From the IMG/VR virus record IMGVR_UViG_3300029951_000013, positions 24,896 to 88,895 of that record: 64,000 nucleotides of DNA, one strand, 5' to 3'. Under the pieces are notes generated by a model. It was not told the origin of the DNA. It saw only the letters and a list, made by a program, of their open reading frames with translations, and did not search any database. A program made the position numbers and the translations under genes. This DNA is from a virus. This document shows positions 1-10,400 of the stretch, piece by piece; position 1 is the first letter of the stretch; every line of letters starts with the position of its first letter.

Positions 1-2
1 GG

Positions 3-320
3 CAGCGCTGGCAGAACGGCCGCCTGGTCGCTGAGAGCAGCCCGGAGCCCCGGGAGGTCCGCAAGGCGTTCGGCTGGCCCGCCCCGCAGCCGGCGCACAT
101 CAGCCGGGAGACGGCCAACCACGTGCTCTACCACTTCGGTTCCGGCGGATACCCGGCAGGCAGTTTCACCACCAACCTGATCCACCTCCTGGCCACGGCC
201 CAGGGACCGAACGCTGTGCGGCTCGCGGAGACCTTCCCGGAGCACGCCGCGGCCATGCGGCTCGCCTCGGACGTGGAAGACGGGGCCGACCAACTGCGTG
301 CCATCGCCACCGGGGCGTGA
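3..320 (+). CDS. Hypothetical phage protein, 5'-truncated by the window edge
   Basis: Frame of track ORF 123..320 is open back to position 3; GC-rich third positions. Confidence 0.65.
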   Translation, partial: QRWQNGRLVAESSPEPREVRKAFGWPAPQPAHISRETANHVLYHFGSGGYPAGSFTTNLIHLLATAQGPNAVRLAETFPEHAAAMRLASDVEDGADQLRAIATGA

Positions 321-356
321 CAGGGCGTCAACTCGGAGGGGAAGGACCACTGACCA

Positions 357-560
357 ATGACCATGACCTGCTGCCCCTACGGCAGCGCCACCGTGTACCG
401 CAGTCCAGGCGGTGACAACGATGCCCTGCGCCTGGCCGACCGGAAGGCGGCCGAAGAGGGCGGCGGGGCGCACGTCCACATGGATGCCGCTTCGGCCATC
501 TTCGTCGTTGTCCGGGCTCTGCCCCGGCAGGCCGTCTATCTCGCCGCTCTTCGGTGCTGA
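357..560 (+). CDS. Hypothetical protein
   Basis: 67-aa ORF preceded by GAAGGA and the GACCACTGACCAA motif. Confidence 0.55.
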   Translation: MTMTCCPYGSATVYRSPGGDNDALRLADRKAAEEGGGAHVHMDAASAIFVVVRALPRQAVYLAALRC

Positions 561-778
561 CCGTGAGGTACCGTCTGCGCGACTGGCTGCGCCTGCGCCT
601 GCGGAGGCAGCGCACCTACCGCTGTGCCGATCCGGGCTGCCATGTGGTCGCCCGGATCGGCACCCGGGCCGACCCCGCTATCTCCCGCAGGATCATGGAG
701 GTGGTGGCGGCCCACCGCCTGCACCCGCCGCTGACTGAAGCTATGCGGAGGATCCGGGACAACAGGGGGTCTTCGTGA
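554..778 (+). CDS. Hypothetical protein (CxxxxC)
   Basis: Overlaps previous stop; fits the rightward small-gene run. Confidence 0.5.
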   Translation: MLTVRYRLRDWLRLRLRRQRTYRCADPGCHVVARIGTRADPAISRRIMEVVAAHRLHPPLTEAMRRIRDNRGSS

Positions 779-852
779 CCTTCCCTGGACTTCTCGGCCG
801 CAAGTCCCCGGCGTGAATCCGTCGGCCCACTACCAGTCCTGCACCGTTTCCA

Positions 853-887
853 ATTCCTCGAACATTGTTTCCACTCGTTCGAGGAAT
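853..887. repeat. Perfect 11-bp inverted repeat with 13-nt spacer in an AT-richer intergenic region
   Basis: ATTCCTCGAAC-attgtttccactc-GTTCGAGGAAT. Confidence 0.7.
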
Positions 888-1028
888 CCACCGGATGTGT
901 CCGACTCTGCCCGTATCCCGACTGACGAATTCATGCCAACCACTACATCTGGTGTCCGCTGACCCCATGACAACTCGCGTCGCAGGGAGCACAGTTTGTT
1001 CACAGCACCTTAAGAGAGGCCCTACCTC

Positions 1029-1280
1029 ATGGAGATCAGCAGAGAACCGTACCGCTTCAGTCCGGACCAGACCGGGGTCCTCCTCCCACCTGCGCACGAC
1101 GTCCTCGGACTTCCGTACCGGGGGGCCTACCTCGCCTGGGAGGACCATCTCGCCAGCTGTCCGCCGTGCGCCCACCGATCCCTGTGGGCCGAGAACGCCT
1201 GGTGCGAACGGGGCACCGCCTTGCAGTTGCAGGCCTCCACCGCACTGGCCCGCCAGCGCACTCTTGCGCACGCGAACTGA
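1029..1280 (+). CDS. Hypothetical protein (HxxxCxxC)
   Basis: 83 aa, AGAGAGG upstream of ATG. Confidence 0.6.
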   Translation: MEISREPYRFSPDQTGVLLPPAHDVLGLPYRGAYLAWEDHLASCPPCAHRSLWAENAWCERGTALQLQASTALARQRTLAHAN

Positions 1281-1285
1281 CCGCC

Positions 1286-1762
1286 GTGGCCCGATCACTG
1301 ACGACACGACACGCACCCTCCGACTGGGTGCACCGGTCCCGCTGCCGGGAGCTGGACCCGAACGAGGCAGACCTCCTGTTCTTCCCTCCCCGGGAGAACG
1401 AGGCAGCGGCCCAGGACGCCCGGGAGACCGTGTGCAGCCTGTGCCCAGTCTTCGATGAGTGCCTCGCCTACGCCCTCGTCCACCGGACCACCGGGGTCTG
1501 GGCGGGTACGACGACTGACGCCAGGACACGCATGCTCAAGACCCGCACACGGGTCAAGTGCGCGGTGTGCCGGGCCCCGGACCCGGTGCCGCTGACCGAC
1601 ACCCGCAGGGGACGCCAAGTCGCCTGGCAGGTATGCCTGTGCTGCGGGGCGTCCTGGCAGGCCGACCGGCGCACGCTGCCTCCGATGCAGCGGACGCAGG
1701 GCAGCGGGCGGTCCCCCGCTGCTGCCCCGGCTTCTGAGCCGTCTTGGGCGGAGGCCGGGTGA
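1286..1762 (+). CDS. WhiB-family Fe-S transcription regulator with C-terminal zinc ribbon
   Basis: DW..RSRC, LFFP, CSLCPVFDECL, GVWAGTT; then CAVC and CLCCG. Start moved to GTG 1286. Confidence 0.85.
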   Translation: MARSLTTRHAPSDWVHRSRCRELDPNEADLLFFPPRENEAAAQDARETVCSLCPVFDECLAYALVHRTTGVWAGTTTDARTRMLKTRTRVKCAVCRAPDPVPLTDTRRGRQVAWQVCLCCGASWQADRRTLPPMQRTQGSGRSPAAAPASEPSWAEAG

Positions 1763-1941
1763 CGGCCGCCCGCAGTGCGGCAGAACTGGTGGCCGAGGCC
1801 GCCGAGTTACACGAACTGCTCGACCGCAAGCGCACCGAACCCGGCCGCTGCCGCTGGAGCGTCCGCCAGTTGGACGCCCTGGCCGGCCGGATCACCGAGG
1901 TGGAGCTTCAGGCACTGGTCCTGGCAGCGACTCCGGCCTGA
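1759..1941 (+). CDS. Hypothetical protein
   Basis: GTGA overlap with the WhiB-like gene. Confidence 0.5.
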   Translation: MTAARSAAELVAEAAELHELLDRKRTEPGRCRWSVRQLDALAGRITEVELQALVLAATPA

Positions 1942-3002
1942 GCCCGCTCCAGCCGCAGTGCCTCGTCCCACACCTCCGCCCACCGCCACGCCTGCTGTTC
2001 GATCCTGAGCCCGTCTACAGCTTGCCGACCCTGGTCGGACAGCTCTAGGCGGGCTCTTTCGTCTGTCCGCAGCAGGTTCAGCTTCTGGTACCAGGTCCGG
2101 GGGCGCTCGGCGAGCAGGCCCGCCCCCAGTGCGTGGATGCGCGAGTACTCGATCCGGGGCGATGCCACCCACGGCACGCCCAGCGCGGACATCTCCAGCG
2201 GCTTGAGCCAGGACTTCGCCCGGTTGAACTTCGTGTCGGCCAGCGGCGCGATGCCGATGCCGATCCGGTTGACCGCCGCCGCCCATTCGTTGATGGACGG
2301 CGGAGCCTCGCCGGTGGGGTCGGCTCCGATGCCGAAGGCCGTGCCGCAGCCGTCCGGGATGCCGGTGACGTGGAACCGGCCGCCGTCGGCCCGGACCCGG
2401 GCCATCGCCCCTCCCATGACCTGCGGGTCGTCCGGGTGGCTGGGTAGGTACGCGGGCCAGCCGACCAGGTCCGAGTCGGTGTGGGGCTGGCCGAAGTAGT
2501 GCTCCGGCAGGTAGTTGTAGAGGACCCGGCCGCGGCCGTGCCGGGCGTAGACGTCCAGCAGCGCCGGCGTGGAGACGGTCACCAGCGTGGCGTCCCGGCA
2601 GGCGTCCGCCAGGTACGCCCAGGAGTGCCGCCTGCTGTTCCTCGACTGCGGCAGTTTGGCGTACTTCGGGTGCATCGACTCGTAGGCCGGGTTCGCCGGG
2701 TTGATCGAGGACAGGTCGTCGTCTATGTCCACGACCACGGCGATGCCCTTGGCCCGCAGGATCGGCACCGCCTGGGCCAGCCACGGGTGGGTGACCCGCT
2801 GGAGCACGACCACGTCCATCTCGCCGGGGTCGACCAGGACGTCCTCGACCCCGTCCCGGTCGTTGACGACCAGCCTGATGTCCCGCTCGTCGGGGGCCAG
2901 CACCCGCACGTCATGGCCCTGCCGGGCCAGCACTCCGGCGGGCCAGATGATCCGGAAGTGGCCGCAGCCGAAAGTGTCCGCGGGGTAGCAGGTGACGCGC
3001 AA
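1908..3002 (-). CDS. Glycosyltransferase (GT-B fold, GT4-like)
   Basis: GCGHFRI, VVVDIDDD, IGIAPL..TKFNRAKSWLKPLEMSALGVPWVAS; AAGGAG 6 nt before TTG. Confidence 0.85.
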   Translation of the reverse strand: MRVTCYPADTFGCGHFRIIWPAGVLARQGHDVRVLAPDERDIRLVVNDRDGVEDVLVDPGEMDVVVLQRVTHPWLAQAVPILRAKGIAVVVDIDDDLSSINPANPAYESMHPKYAKLPQSRNSRRHSWAYLADACRDATLVTVSTPALLDVYARHGRGRVLYNYLPEHYFGQPHTDSDLVGWPAYLPSHPDDPQVMGGAMARVRADGGRFHVTGIPDGCGTAFGIGADPTGEAPPSINEWAAAVNRIGIGIAPLADTKFNRAKSWLKPLEMSALGVPWVASPRIEYSRIHALGAGLLAERPRTWYQKLNLLRTDERARLELSDQGRQAVDGLRIEQQAWRWAEVWDEALRLERAQAGVAARTSA

Positions 3003-3051
3003 AGCCGGCTCCTTGGTCAGTGGTCGGTGAGGGGGCGTGCAGTGCCCCGGA

Positions 3052-3375
3052 TCAGTCCGGCGCGGGAGTGTACGGCGCCGGTGCCGGGGGCACGTCCGGG
3101 TACGACGACGGGTCGTCCAGGAACGCCGTGTAGGCGGCGCTGATCTGCGCGGTGGTGATCGCCCCGCCGTCCACCAGCATCTTCACCAGGACGCAGACCA
3201 TCCCCATGATCAAATTGAGGACGATCCGGTCCTCGGTGCTCTCGACAGCGATGTCCTCGCCCAGGGCCCGCCCGACCGCGACGGCCACCGGCCGCAGGGC
3301 GTCCACGTACTGGCGTACCGTCAGCGATCCCGTGGCGCCGGAGCTGGCCGCCGACAGGTCCACCGTCCGGCTCAC
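3052..3375 (-). CDS. Hypothetical protein (tail module)
   Basis: GTG at 3375 overlaps the upstream TGA; C-terminal part of track ORF 3052..4137. Confidence 0.65.
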   Translation of the reverse strand: MSRTVDLSAASSGATGSLTVRQYVDALRPVAVAVGRALGEDIAVESTEDRIVLNLIMGMVCVLVKMLVDGGAITTAQISAAYTAFLDDPSSYPDVPPAPAPYTPAPD

Positions 3376-3896
3376 AGGGGTATCACCGTGATCCCCCGAT
3401 TGGAGAAGGTGCCGGTGCCGGTGCCGGTGCGGTACACCGCTGTGAAGGTGTTGGAGCCAGGAGTCAGGGCGTTGATCAGGAAGAGGCCGCCGGCCTGCTG
3501 CTGGGAGCTGCCGACCGCCCGGGAGTCGGCACTGCTGATAGAGCTGCTGCCGGTGACCGTGAAACTCATCAGCGCCGCGTTGGCCGAACTGGAGCATGTG
3601 CAGTTGGCCAGGATGTGCACCAGGGCGTTGGCCCCGGTCACCGCGGTGACCGAGGGCCCCGAGGTAGAGCCCAGGTTCGTGTAGGAGCTGGACGTGGTGG
3701 TATCGGACGTCGTCACGATGGCGGATGTCGGGGTCCGGGCAGCCAGGGTGTTCGGCCCGGTGGCGACCAGGATCTGCCCGGTCGCGGTGACCAGCGCCGG
3801 ACCGGTCTGGTTCAGGTTGTCTCTGATGTTCGCATTGAACTGGGCGGCGGTGAACACACTGCCCGCCACCGCAGTCATTGGCGAGGTCCAGGCGAT
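3372..3896 (-). CDS. Minor tail protein (Ser/Thr-rich, beta-rich)
   Basis: AWTSPMTAVAGSVFTAAQFNANIRDNL resembles actinophage minor-tail N-termini; first ATG is 3878, RBS-positioned codon is ATC at 3896. Confidence 0.75.
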   Translation of the reverse strand: MAWTSPMTAVAGSVFTAAQFNANIRDNLNQTGPALVTATGQILVATGPNTLAARTPTSAIVTTSDTTTSSSYTNLGSTSGPSVTAVTGANALVHILANCTCSSSANAALMSFTVTGSSSISSADSRAVGSSQQQAGGLFLINALTPGSNTFTAVYRTGTGTGTFSNRGITVIPL

Positions 3897-3929
3897 GAGG
3901 ACCGCCCCCTCTCTCTGGCTGTAGGAGGG

Positions 3930-4164
3930 CTACTTGGCCGAGCCGGTCGCCTGCGCCGGGCCCGCGTTCGCCGCAGTGCCGCGCGCCGGCTTCGCGGCGG
4001 GTGCCTTGGCGGCGTCGGGCCGATCGGCGTTGACATCGGCCTCCAGACCGACTATCCGGGCGTCCAAAGCCTCCAGCTTCGCGTCGATCCCGGCAGCGTG
4101 CTCCCCGATCAGCTTGCGGACCCGGTCGTCCACCCACTCTTCGAGCTTCCCCTGTGCGGACATG
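3930..4164 (-). CDS. Hypothetical coiled-coil protein
   Basis: GGAGGAG before ATG (MSAQGKLEEW). Confidence 0.65.
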
Positions 4165-4221
4165 CGCTCCTCCTGCGGTCGTTCCCGCCAGGATGCCACG
4201 CGGTGGGAGGCGGGCTGTCCG

Positions 4222-4587
4222 CTAGGCGACGCCGTGCTCCCGGCTCTCCGCGCGCAACTGCTCCAGAGTCTGGCCGTGCTCGATCCGGAAGCCGACCGCT
4301 CCCGCGTGGTCGGCCGGGTACCAGTTCCGGGTGGACGGGATCGGCCGCCGGCCCAGCAGTTCGACCACGGCGTCCATGAAAGGCTGCGGCGGCCATTCGA
4401 TCCGGGCCGCCTGTCCGCAGTAGGAGCACAGGAACGCGGGCTTGCGCACGTCGCGGGGGTTGCCGGGCCCCGCCGGGCAGCCGGGGCGTCGCAGGCCGAA
4501 CAGGTATTCGGCGTTGGCGCAGCCCTCGCGCGGGCAGTCTGCCGTCCACTCGCCGCTGTAGAGGTAGGCGCGCGCGGTCTCCGCCAT
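4222..4587 (-). CDS. Cys-rich tail-associated hypothetical protein
   Basis: TGATG-coupled to minor tail gene; CPREGC and CSYC. Confidence 0.7.
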   Translation of the reverse strand: MAETARAYLYSGEWTADCPREGCANAEYLFGLRRPGCPAGPGNPRDVRKPAFLCSYCGQAARIEWPPQPFMDAVVELLGRRPIPSTRNWYPADHAGAVGFRIEHGQTLEQLRAESREHGVA

Positions 4588-7478
4588 CAGGTCCCCAGGA
4601 GGTTGACGTCGAACTGGCCGTTGGTCGGCGAGTCGAACACGAACACGGTAGCGGCACTGTCACTGGACGGGGGGTCGAAGACACCCGCGTCGAAGCCCGC
4701 ACCGCGCTGGTCGAAAGTGAACGGGTTGGTGCTTGCGTACGGTGCGGCCTCGCAGCCGAGGACCACGGCGTGGACCGGGGGCAGTCCGGGCTCGTTCATG
4801 CGCTGAACGGTGTGAGTGATCGTTTCTACAAAGAAGTCGCTGTTCAGGCCCAATTCGTCGTTCTCGATAGAGACCATGTCCGAGATCTGGCGGCCGACCA
4901 CCTGCATGTAGTGGACCGGGTCGCCTGAGACGACGCGCAGTTGGACGGTAGGGCGGCGCTGGGCGTAGTGCAGGAGGATGATCTCGCCGATGGCGTTGGC
5001 GTCCTCGACCCCGGCCCAGGGACACGACCCGGTGTAGTCCTGCTCGCCGTGCTCGGCCATGCTCCCGGTGTCCTGCTGGAGGACGGCCACCGTGGTCACC
5101 ACGGGCACCGTGTACGCCTGGAGCTGCATCCCGGTGACGACGATGTCCCCGCCGACGGCCTGGACCATCACCGTCACTGCCGCGCCGGAGGTCTGGCTCA
5201 GTGTGACACTCGCAGTCCCGGCACCGGTAGAGGTGACCTGGTAGTCGGTCCCGGCTACGGGGATCTGCGCCATCAGGAACGGATCGCTGGTCTGGACGGC
5301 CAGCAGCAGGGAGGTCCCGTTGCTGATGGCGTAGGTCGACGTGGTGGACCAGACCGGGGACAGGGCCTGGGCGACCGCCCGTTGGCCCACGGAGAACGGC
5401 ACACTGTTGACGATCTCCAGCCAGCCGTCGTCATAGGTGAACGGCGGTGTGAACGACAGCCCGGTGGGCGCCGGGGAGGCGCAGTCGAAGGCCTCGCCCG
5501 CCTGGAAGTACCCCTGCGGGGTCTGGCACCGGGGGTTGAGCAGCCGGTGGTCGCGGTCCTGGAAGGTGAAGGTCCCGTCGGGGGCGATGAAGGCGATCGA
5601 CGGCGGTCCCTCCGATGCCACCAGGTCGTTGATGGCGCTGCCCGCAGCGGACGAGGCCGTGCCGTCCAGCCACCACCAGGGCATCACGGTCGCCCCCGGG
5701 TCGACGTTCCGGGGCCCGGTCCAGCCGACCGCGTCCAGGATGTGGTTGACCGCGTCCCCGGTCCGGATGCCGGAGTACAGCGGAGTTATGATCTTGGTGG
5801 CCTGGAACAGGCCCTCGTCGTCCAGCAGGGTGAAGGCCACTGTGCGGTTGCTCTTGTCGGCGGTGACCGTGTAACCGTTGATCTGTCCGTGGAACAGCGG
5901 GTAGGCGGTGCCGGCGAACGTGACGAACCCCGCGGTGGGCCTGGCCGAGTCCAGTGTCCCCGCCAGCGGGGAGGACGACCAGCTCGGGGAGTAGGTGCGG
6001 TGGCTGTTGTTCAGCGTGTAGCTGGCGCTGCCGAGCTGCGCCGGGGTGGTCTGCCGCTGCTGGTCCCTGCCGTAGGTGAACGTGATGCCCGGATCGAGCA
6101 GGTCAGGCAGGATGTCGTTGCCCGGCTCGATCCGCAGGCCCGTCGCGGGCAGGGTCGGGTCCAGCAGCATCAGGCCCCACACGTAGTAGGCAGCCGAGGA
6201 AGCGGGTGTGCCGCTGTGCCGGGCCCTGGCGACCCCGGAGGAGGCCCCGGCCGGAGCCGTGAAGGCCTGGACCGACCGGGTCCAGGCCCCGGTTCCGACA
6301 GGGTTGGCAGACCCGGTGCTGGTGCTGATGAATGCCCCGGTGCTGGTGTACCAGTCGATGCAGGCCTGGATGTCGGTCCAGCCCGGAGGCGAGTAGACCC
6401 AGCAGTCCGCGGCGTAGCTGTTCCCGGGGACGACGGAGCCGGCGGGCGTGGGGGCCAGGTTGACCCCTCCGGTTGCCGAGGTTCCGTTGGGGGTTACCAG
6501 AGCGCAGGGCACCGCGGGTGAGAACGGCACGGTGTGCGCGGCCGAGGTGCGCCGCATCCACTGGAGGGTGCAGTTCGAGGGGTTCCAGCCGGACAGCCCG
6601 TAGACCGGGTACGGGTTGGTGCTCAGGACAGCGCCGATGAAGTCGAAGCCGTTCAGGGACCAGTCGGTGGCCCAGGAGTACTGCGGATAGCCCTGGGTGG
6701 TGCAGACGGTCGACCAGGGCTGCGCGACTGCGATCACAGCGGCAGCCGGGACAGTGCCGGAGGCGGAGGCGGTCTGCGCGAAGGCGGTGGTCTCTCCGGC
6801 GGAGGATCCGGGCACGATGCTGACGGCCAGCATGACGTCGCCCATAGACGTCCCGTTGTGGACTGCCGTGGTCTGCCGCTGGGTCTGCACTCCAGCAGAG
6901 AGGGAGCCGCTGTCCGCCAGGAAGTAGGACAGCTCGTTCGCCTGGCTGGAGTTGATGCGGACCGTGTCCGCCGGGGAGACCGAGCAGGTGGTCCCGGGCC
7001 CGTTGCGGAACCGCAGGGTGAGCACCCACTCACCGGCCTGGGAGGTGGTCAGCTGCGGATGCGCCTGCGCATCGGCCCCGCCGGCCGTGACGGTGTAGGC
7101 CCGGTAGTTGTCGATGGGGCCGCTGGCGCTGACCCCTGAGTACGCCCAGATGAACGCCGCTACCGTGGGGTCTCCCTTCGGCCAGGAGTCCTCGGCGTCC
7201 AGGTAGATGAACTGCTCTACGCCTTCGGTGCCGTCGGCGATCCGGTAGTAGACCGCCGCCATGGCGGGGGCCAGGGAGCCGCCGGAGGTGCCGGAGCGCC
7301 AGCGGCCCAGGAACGTCCAGCCGAAGGGCGGGCGCTCGTTGGCGTTGCAGTCGAACTGCAACGCCATCAGGAGCAGGTTGCCCGCGACGAAAGTCGGCGG
7401 AGTGGGTACGGACAGCGCTCCGGAGACCGGGGCGTACGCGGTGGCCACCGCGCCGATGGACTGGAAGGCGACGGCCAC
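4587..7478 (-). CDS. Large minor tail protein with beta-sandwich and carbohydrate-binding-like domains
   Basis: Directly downstream of tape measure; 963 aa; central CBM-like segment (IDWYTSTGAFIS), C-terminal tail-hub-like region. Confidence 0.85.
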   Translation of the reverse strand: MAVAFQSIGAVATAYAPVSGALSVPTPPTFVAGNLLLMALQFDCNANERPPFGWTFLGRWRSGTSGGSLAPAMAAVYYRIADGTEGVEQFIYLDAEDSWPKGDPTVAAFIWAYSGVSASGPIDNYRAYTVTAGGADAQAHPQLTTSQAGEWVLTLRFRNGPGTTCSVSPADTVRINSSQANELSYFLADSGSLSAGVQTQRQTTAVHNGTSMGDVMLAVSIVPGSSAGETTAFAQTASASGTVPAAAVIAVAQPWSTVCTTQGYPQYSWATDWSLNGFDFIGAVLSTNPYPVYGLSGWNPSNCTLQWMRRTSAAHTVPFSPAVPCALVTPNGTSATGGVNLAPTPAGSVVPGNSYAADCWVYSPPGWTDIQACIDWYTSTGAFISTSTGSANPVGTGAWTRSVQAFTAPAGASSGVARARHSGTPASSAAYYVWGLMLLDPTLPATGLRIEPGNDILPDLLDPGITFTYGRDQQRQTTPAQLGSASYTLNNSHRTYSPSWSSSPLAGTLDSARPTAGFVTFAGTAYPLFHGQINGYTVTADKSNRTVAFTLLDDEGLFQATKIITPLYSGIRTGDAVNHILDAVGWTGPRNVDPGATVMPWWWLDGTASSAAGSAINDLVASEGPPSIAFIAPDGTFTFQDRDHRLLNPRCQTPQGYFQAGEAFDCASPAPTGLSFTPPFTYDDGWLEIVNSVPFSVGQRAVAQALSPVWSTTSTYAISNGTSLLLAVQTSDPFLMAQIPVAGTDYQVTSTGAGTASVTLSQTSGAAVTVMVQAVGGDIVVTGMQLQAYTVPVVTTVAVLQQDTGSMAEHGEQDYTGSCPWAGVEDANAIGEIILLHYAQRRPTVQLRVVSGDPVHYMQVVGRQISDMVSIENDELGLNSDFFVETITHTVQRMNEPGLPPVHAVVLGCEAAPYASTNPFTFDQRGAGFDAGVFDPPSSDSAATVFVFDSPTNGQFDVNLLGT

Positions 7479-7481
7479 GGG

Positions 7482-10400
7482 TCACGGCCCCGTCAGGGAC
7501 CGCAGGCGGCCCTTTTGCTTGGCGGCCTGGAGTGCGCTGATCATCCAGTTCTCCAGCTCCTGCTGGCTGCCGATGGGCCCGTGGAAGTGGAAGTTGTAGG
7601 TGTCTCCGCCGCCCGCCGACTCGCCGGGGCCGACGACCCGCTCCGGCTTGCCGGTGCCGTTGTGGGCCACCGTCGTGCCGGGCATGAGCCAGCCGCCCTT
7701 GTCGTACCAGTTGTCGGCGACCTCGTGGGACCAGGCCGCCGCCGGACTGCCGTACCGCTGGGCGATGTAGTCCTCGCCCCAGGCGACCTGGGCCTTGTAG
7801 TCTCCGAGTGCGTACGGGTGGCCGTGGCCGAGCGCCTGGGGGATTCCGTAGGCTCCTGAGCTGGCGTTCACCGCATTGGGGTTCCACCCGCTCTCCTGGT
7901 TCCAGAGCTTGATCAGCGGGCCCATCTGGTTGGACCCCCAGCCGTGGCCGGCCAGCAGGCTCTGTGCGAACTGCTGGATGGGGCCCACGGCGGTCCCGGA
8001 GAAGCCTCCGGAGTTGGTCGTCATCGCCGCGTACAGCGAGGACGCACTGGTCTGCGCGAGCTGGGAGACGGCCGACAGGACGGCTGCGCTGATCTGGGTG
8101 GCCGTGGGGCGTGCCACACGGACGTCGAAGCCGCCGACCGGGCCGCCGGCGGCGAAGGCGGGCAGTGTCCCGGCCACGGCCGCGCCGCGCATGTTCGCCA
8201 CGGCTCCGTGGCCGCCCGCCGACTGCACCTCGGCAGCCGTCCACATGTGCTCTCCGTTGGAGCCCAGCATCACCACGCTGTCCGAGGTGGCCGTACCGGG
8301 GCCGCGCACGGGGCCGCCGCCGGCCAGCCCGGGCAGGCCCTTCTTGCCGGTGTTCGCCGCGGCGGCGAAGTCCACCGACGCGGTGAAGGTCTTGTTCCGG
8401 ATCCCGCCCATGGAGGCGTTCACATCGTTCTTGAACGAGTTGATCGCCGCCGCCGCCGTCTTCAGCTTCCCGCCCAGGCCGGGCACCCAGCCGAAGGCGT
8501 CTGCGGCCCCCTTGACGATGACCTCGGCCACCTCCAGCCACAGGTCGATGATGAAGTTGAAGTACGGCTCCAGGACTTTCGACCACATGAACTTGGCGGC
8601 GGTCTCAATTCCTGAGAAGGTATCCTCGACTATCGAGCGGAAGGTCTGGCTGTGCTCCCAGGCCTCGTAGAAGCCGACCCCCAGGGCGACCAGTGCGATG
8701 ACCACAAGTCCGATGGGGTTGGCGTCCAGGACTACGTCCAGTGCGCCCTGCGCGATCGACAGCGCCCCGGTAGCGATAGTGGCGACTCCCTGGGCCCCTG
8801 CGAGGACAAGCGTCTTTGCAGCAGCCAGAGCCGTTCCGTCAGCCAGGGCGGTCATCGCTCCGGCGAGGCCCTCCCAGATAGCGATCCCGATAAGGCGGAC
8901 CCGGAGCACCAGCAGGCTGTCGTTGAACAGGTACGTCTTAACCGCGGCCAGGGCAGTCCCGTCGGCCACGGCGGTCACGGCCCCGGCGATGCCGTCCCAC
9001 ACGGCCATCGTGATCAGCCGGCCGCGCAGGACGAGCAGGCTGTCATCGAAGAGGTACGTCTTCACGGCGGCCAGAGCGGTGCCGTCGGCCAGGTTGGTGA
9101 CCGCGGTGGTGATCCCGTCCCACACGGATACCGCGATCAGCCTGCCGCGCAGAACGACCATGGAGTTGCCCAGGTTGAACACCGCGGTGGAGATGCCGTC
9201 CCAGACGGCCATGCCGATCAGCCGGCCGCGCAGGACGAGCATCGTGTTGCCCAGATTGGTGACCGCAGTGGTGATCCCGTCCCACACTGCGATGGCGATG
9301 AGCTTGCCGCGCAGCACGAACATGCTGTCGCCTACGCCGCCGACCACACCGGCGAGGTACGTCCATGCGGCAGAGACGGTCCCGCGCAGTTTCGTCGCTC
9401 CGGAGGACAGGCTGTCACTGATGATCAGCCATCGGAGGTACATCGTGTCCATCACGCCCTGGACCGCGGCTACCCCGCCCTGGATCCCGGACCAGATGAG
9501 GGCGGACTGCTGGAACGGGAACTTGACGATGCTGACAGCCAGACTGGTGATCGCCATGATTGGCTTGATCACCGCGAGAGCGGTCAGCCGGACTTCCAGC
9601 GGGATGAGGGCCAGTTCGACAAAGTTGTCGATTGCACCCTTGTTGGTGTCGATGAACTGCGACAGGTGCACCAGGGCCGGTCCGAGTGTGTTCGCCAGGA
9701 TCCCGGCGATGCTCTCGATGGCCTGGAACCCGGTGCCTCCCAGGTAGAGCAGCACGGGGGTGGCGGCGACCGACAGGTTGGTGAATGCGGTGCCTACGTC
9801 CTGGGCTGCGGTCGCGAAGTCCAGGAGGATCTTCTGGGTCTGGGAGCCGAAGGACTTCCCCAGCTGATCCGCTATGGACGTACTGGTCAGCGGCATCCCG
9901 GACAGGCCCCCGGCCAGCGGCAGTCCGACCGGGGCCTTGGCCGAGGACAGGTCCGTGTTGGTGGGGGCCTTCGGTGCCAGGTTCGAGCTGAAGGTCCCGA
10001 ACAGGGTGTTGGGGTCGACCAGGGCGGCTGCCTTCGCCTTGGTCTGCGTCAGGCTGCCGATGAAGCCGTTCAGGAACCCCTCAGCGACGTGCGTGTCCTG
10101 CTCCAGCTGACTGACCGGGATCAGGTTGCTCAGGTCCGAGGTGAAACGGGCCAGCAGGGGGAGGCCGGACTCGTTGACGAACGAGAAGAACTGGGTGGTG
10201 ACCGGGATCAGCTTCTCGCCGATCGAGATGGCCGCCGACTGGACGTTGCTCTCGAAGATCTTGATCTGCGCCGACATGGTCGCCTGCTGCGCGGCCTCGG
10301 CGGCAGCCAGGTTGCCCGACGTTGACTGGATCTGCACCAGTTTCTTCTGGAGGGTCGAGTAGTTGTTGACCATCGTCAGGATGGCCGAACTCGACCGACC

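Noticed and set aside
858-882. LexA/SOS box
   Set aside because: TCGAAC and GTTCGA half-sites are 13 nt apart instead of 4; the N4 reading has two mismatches
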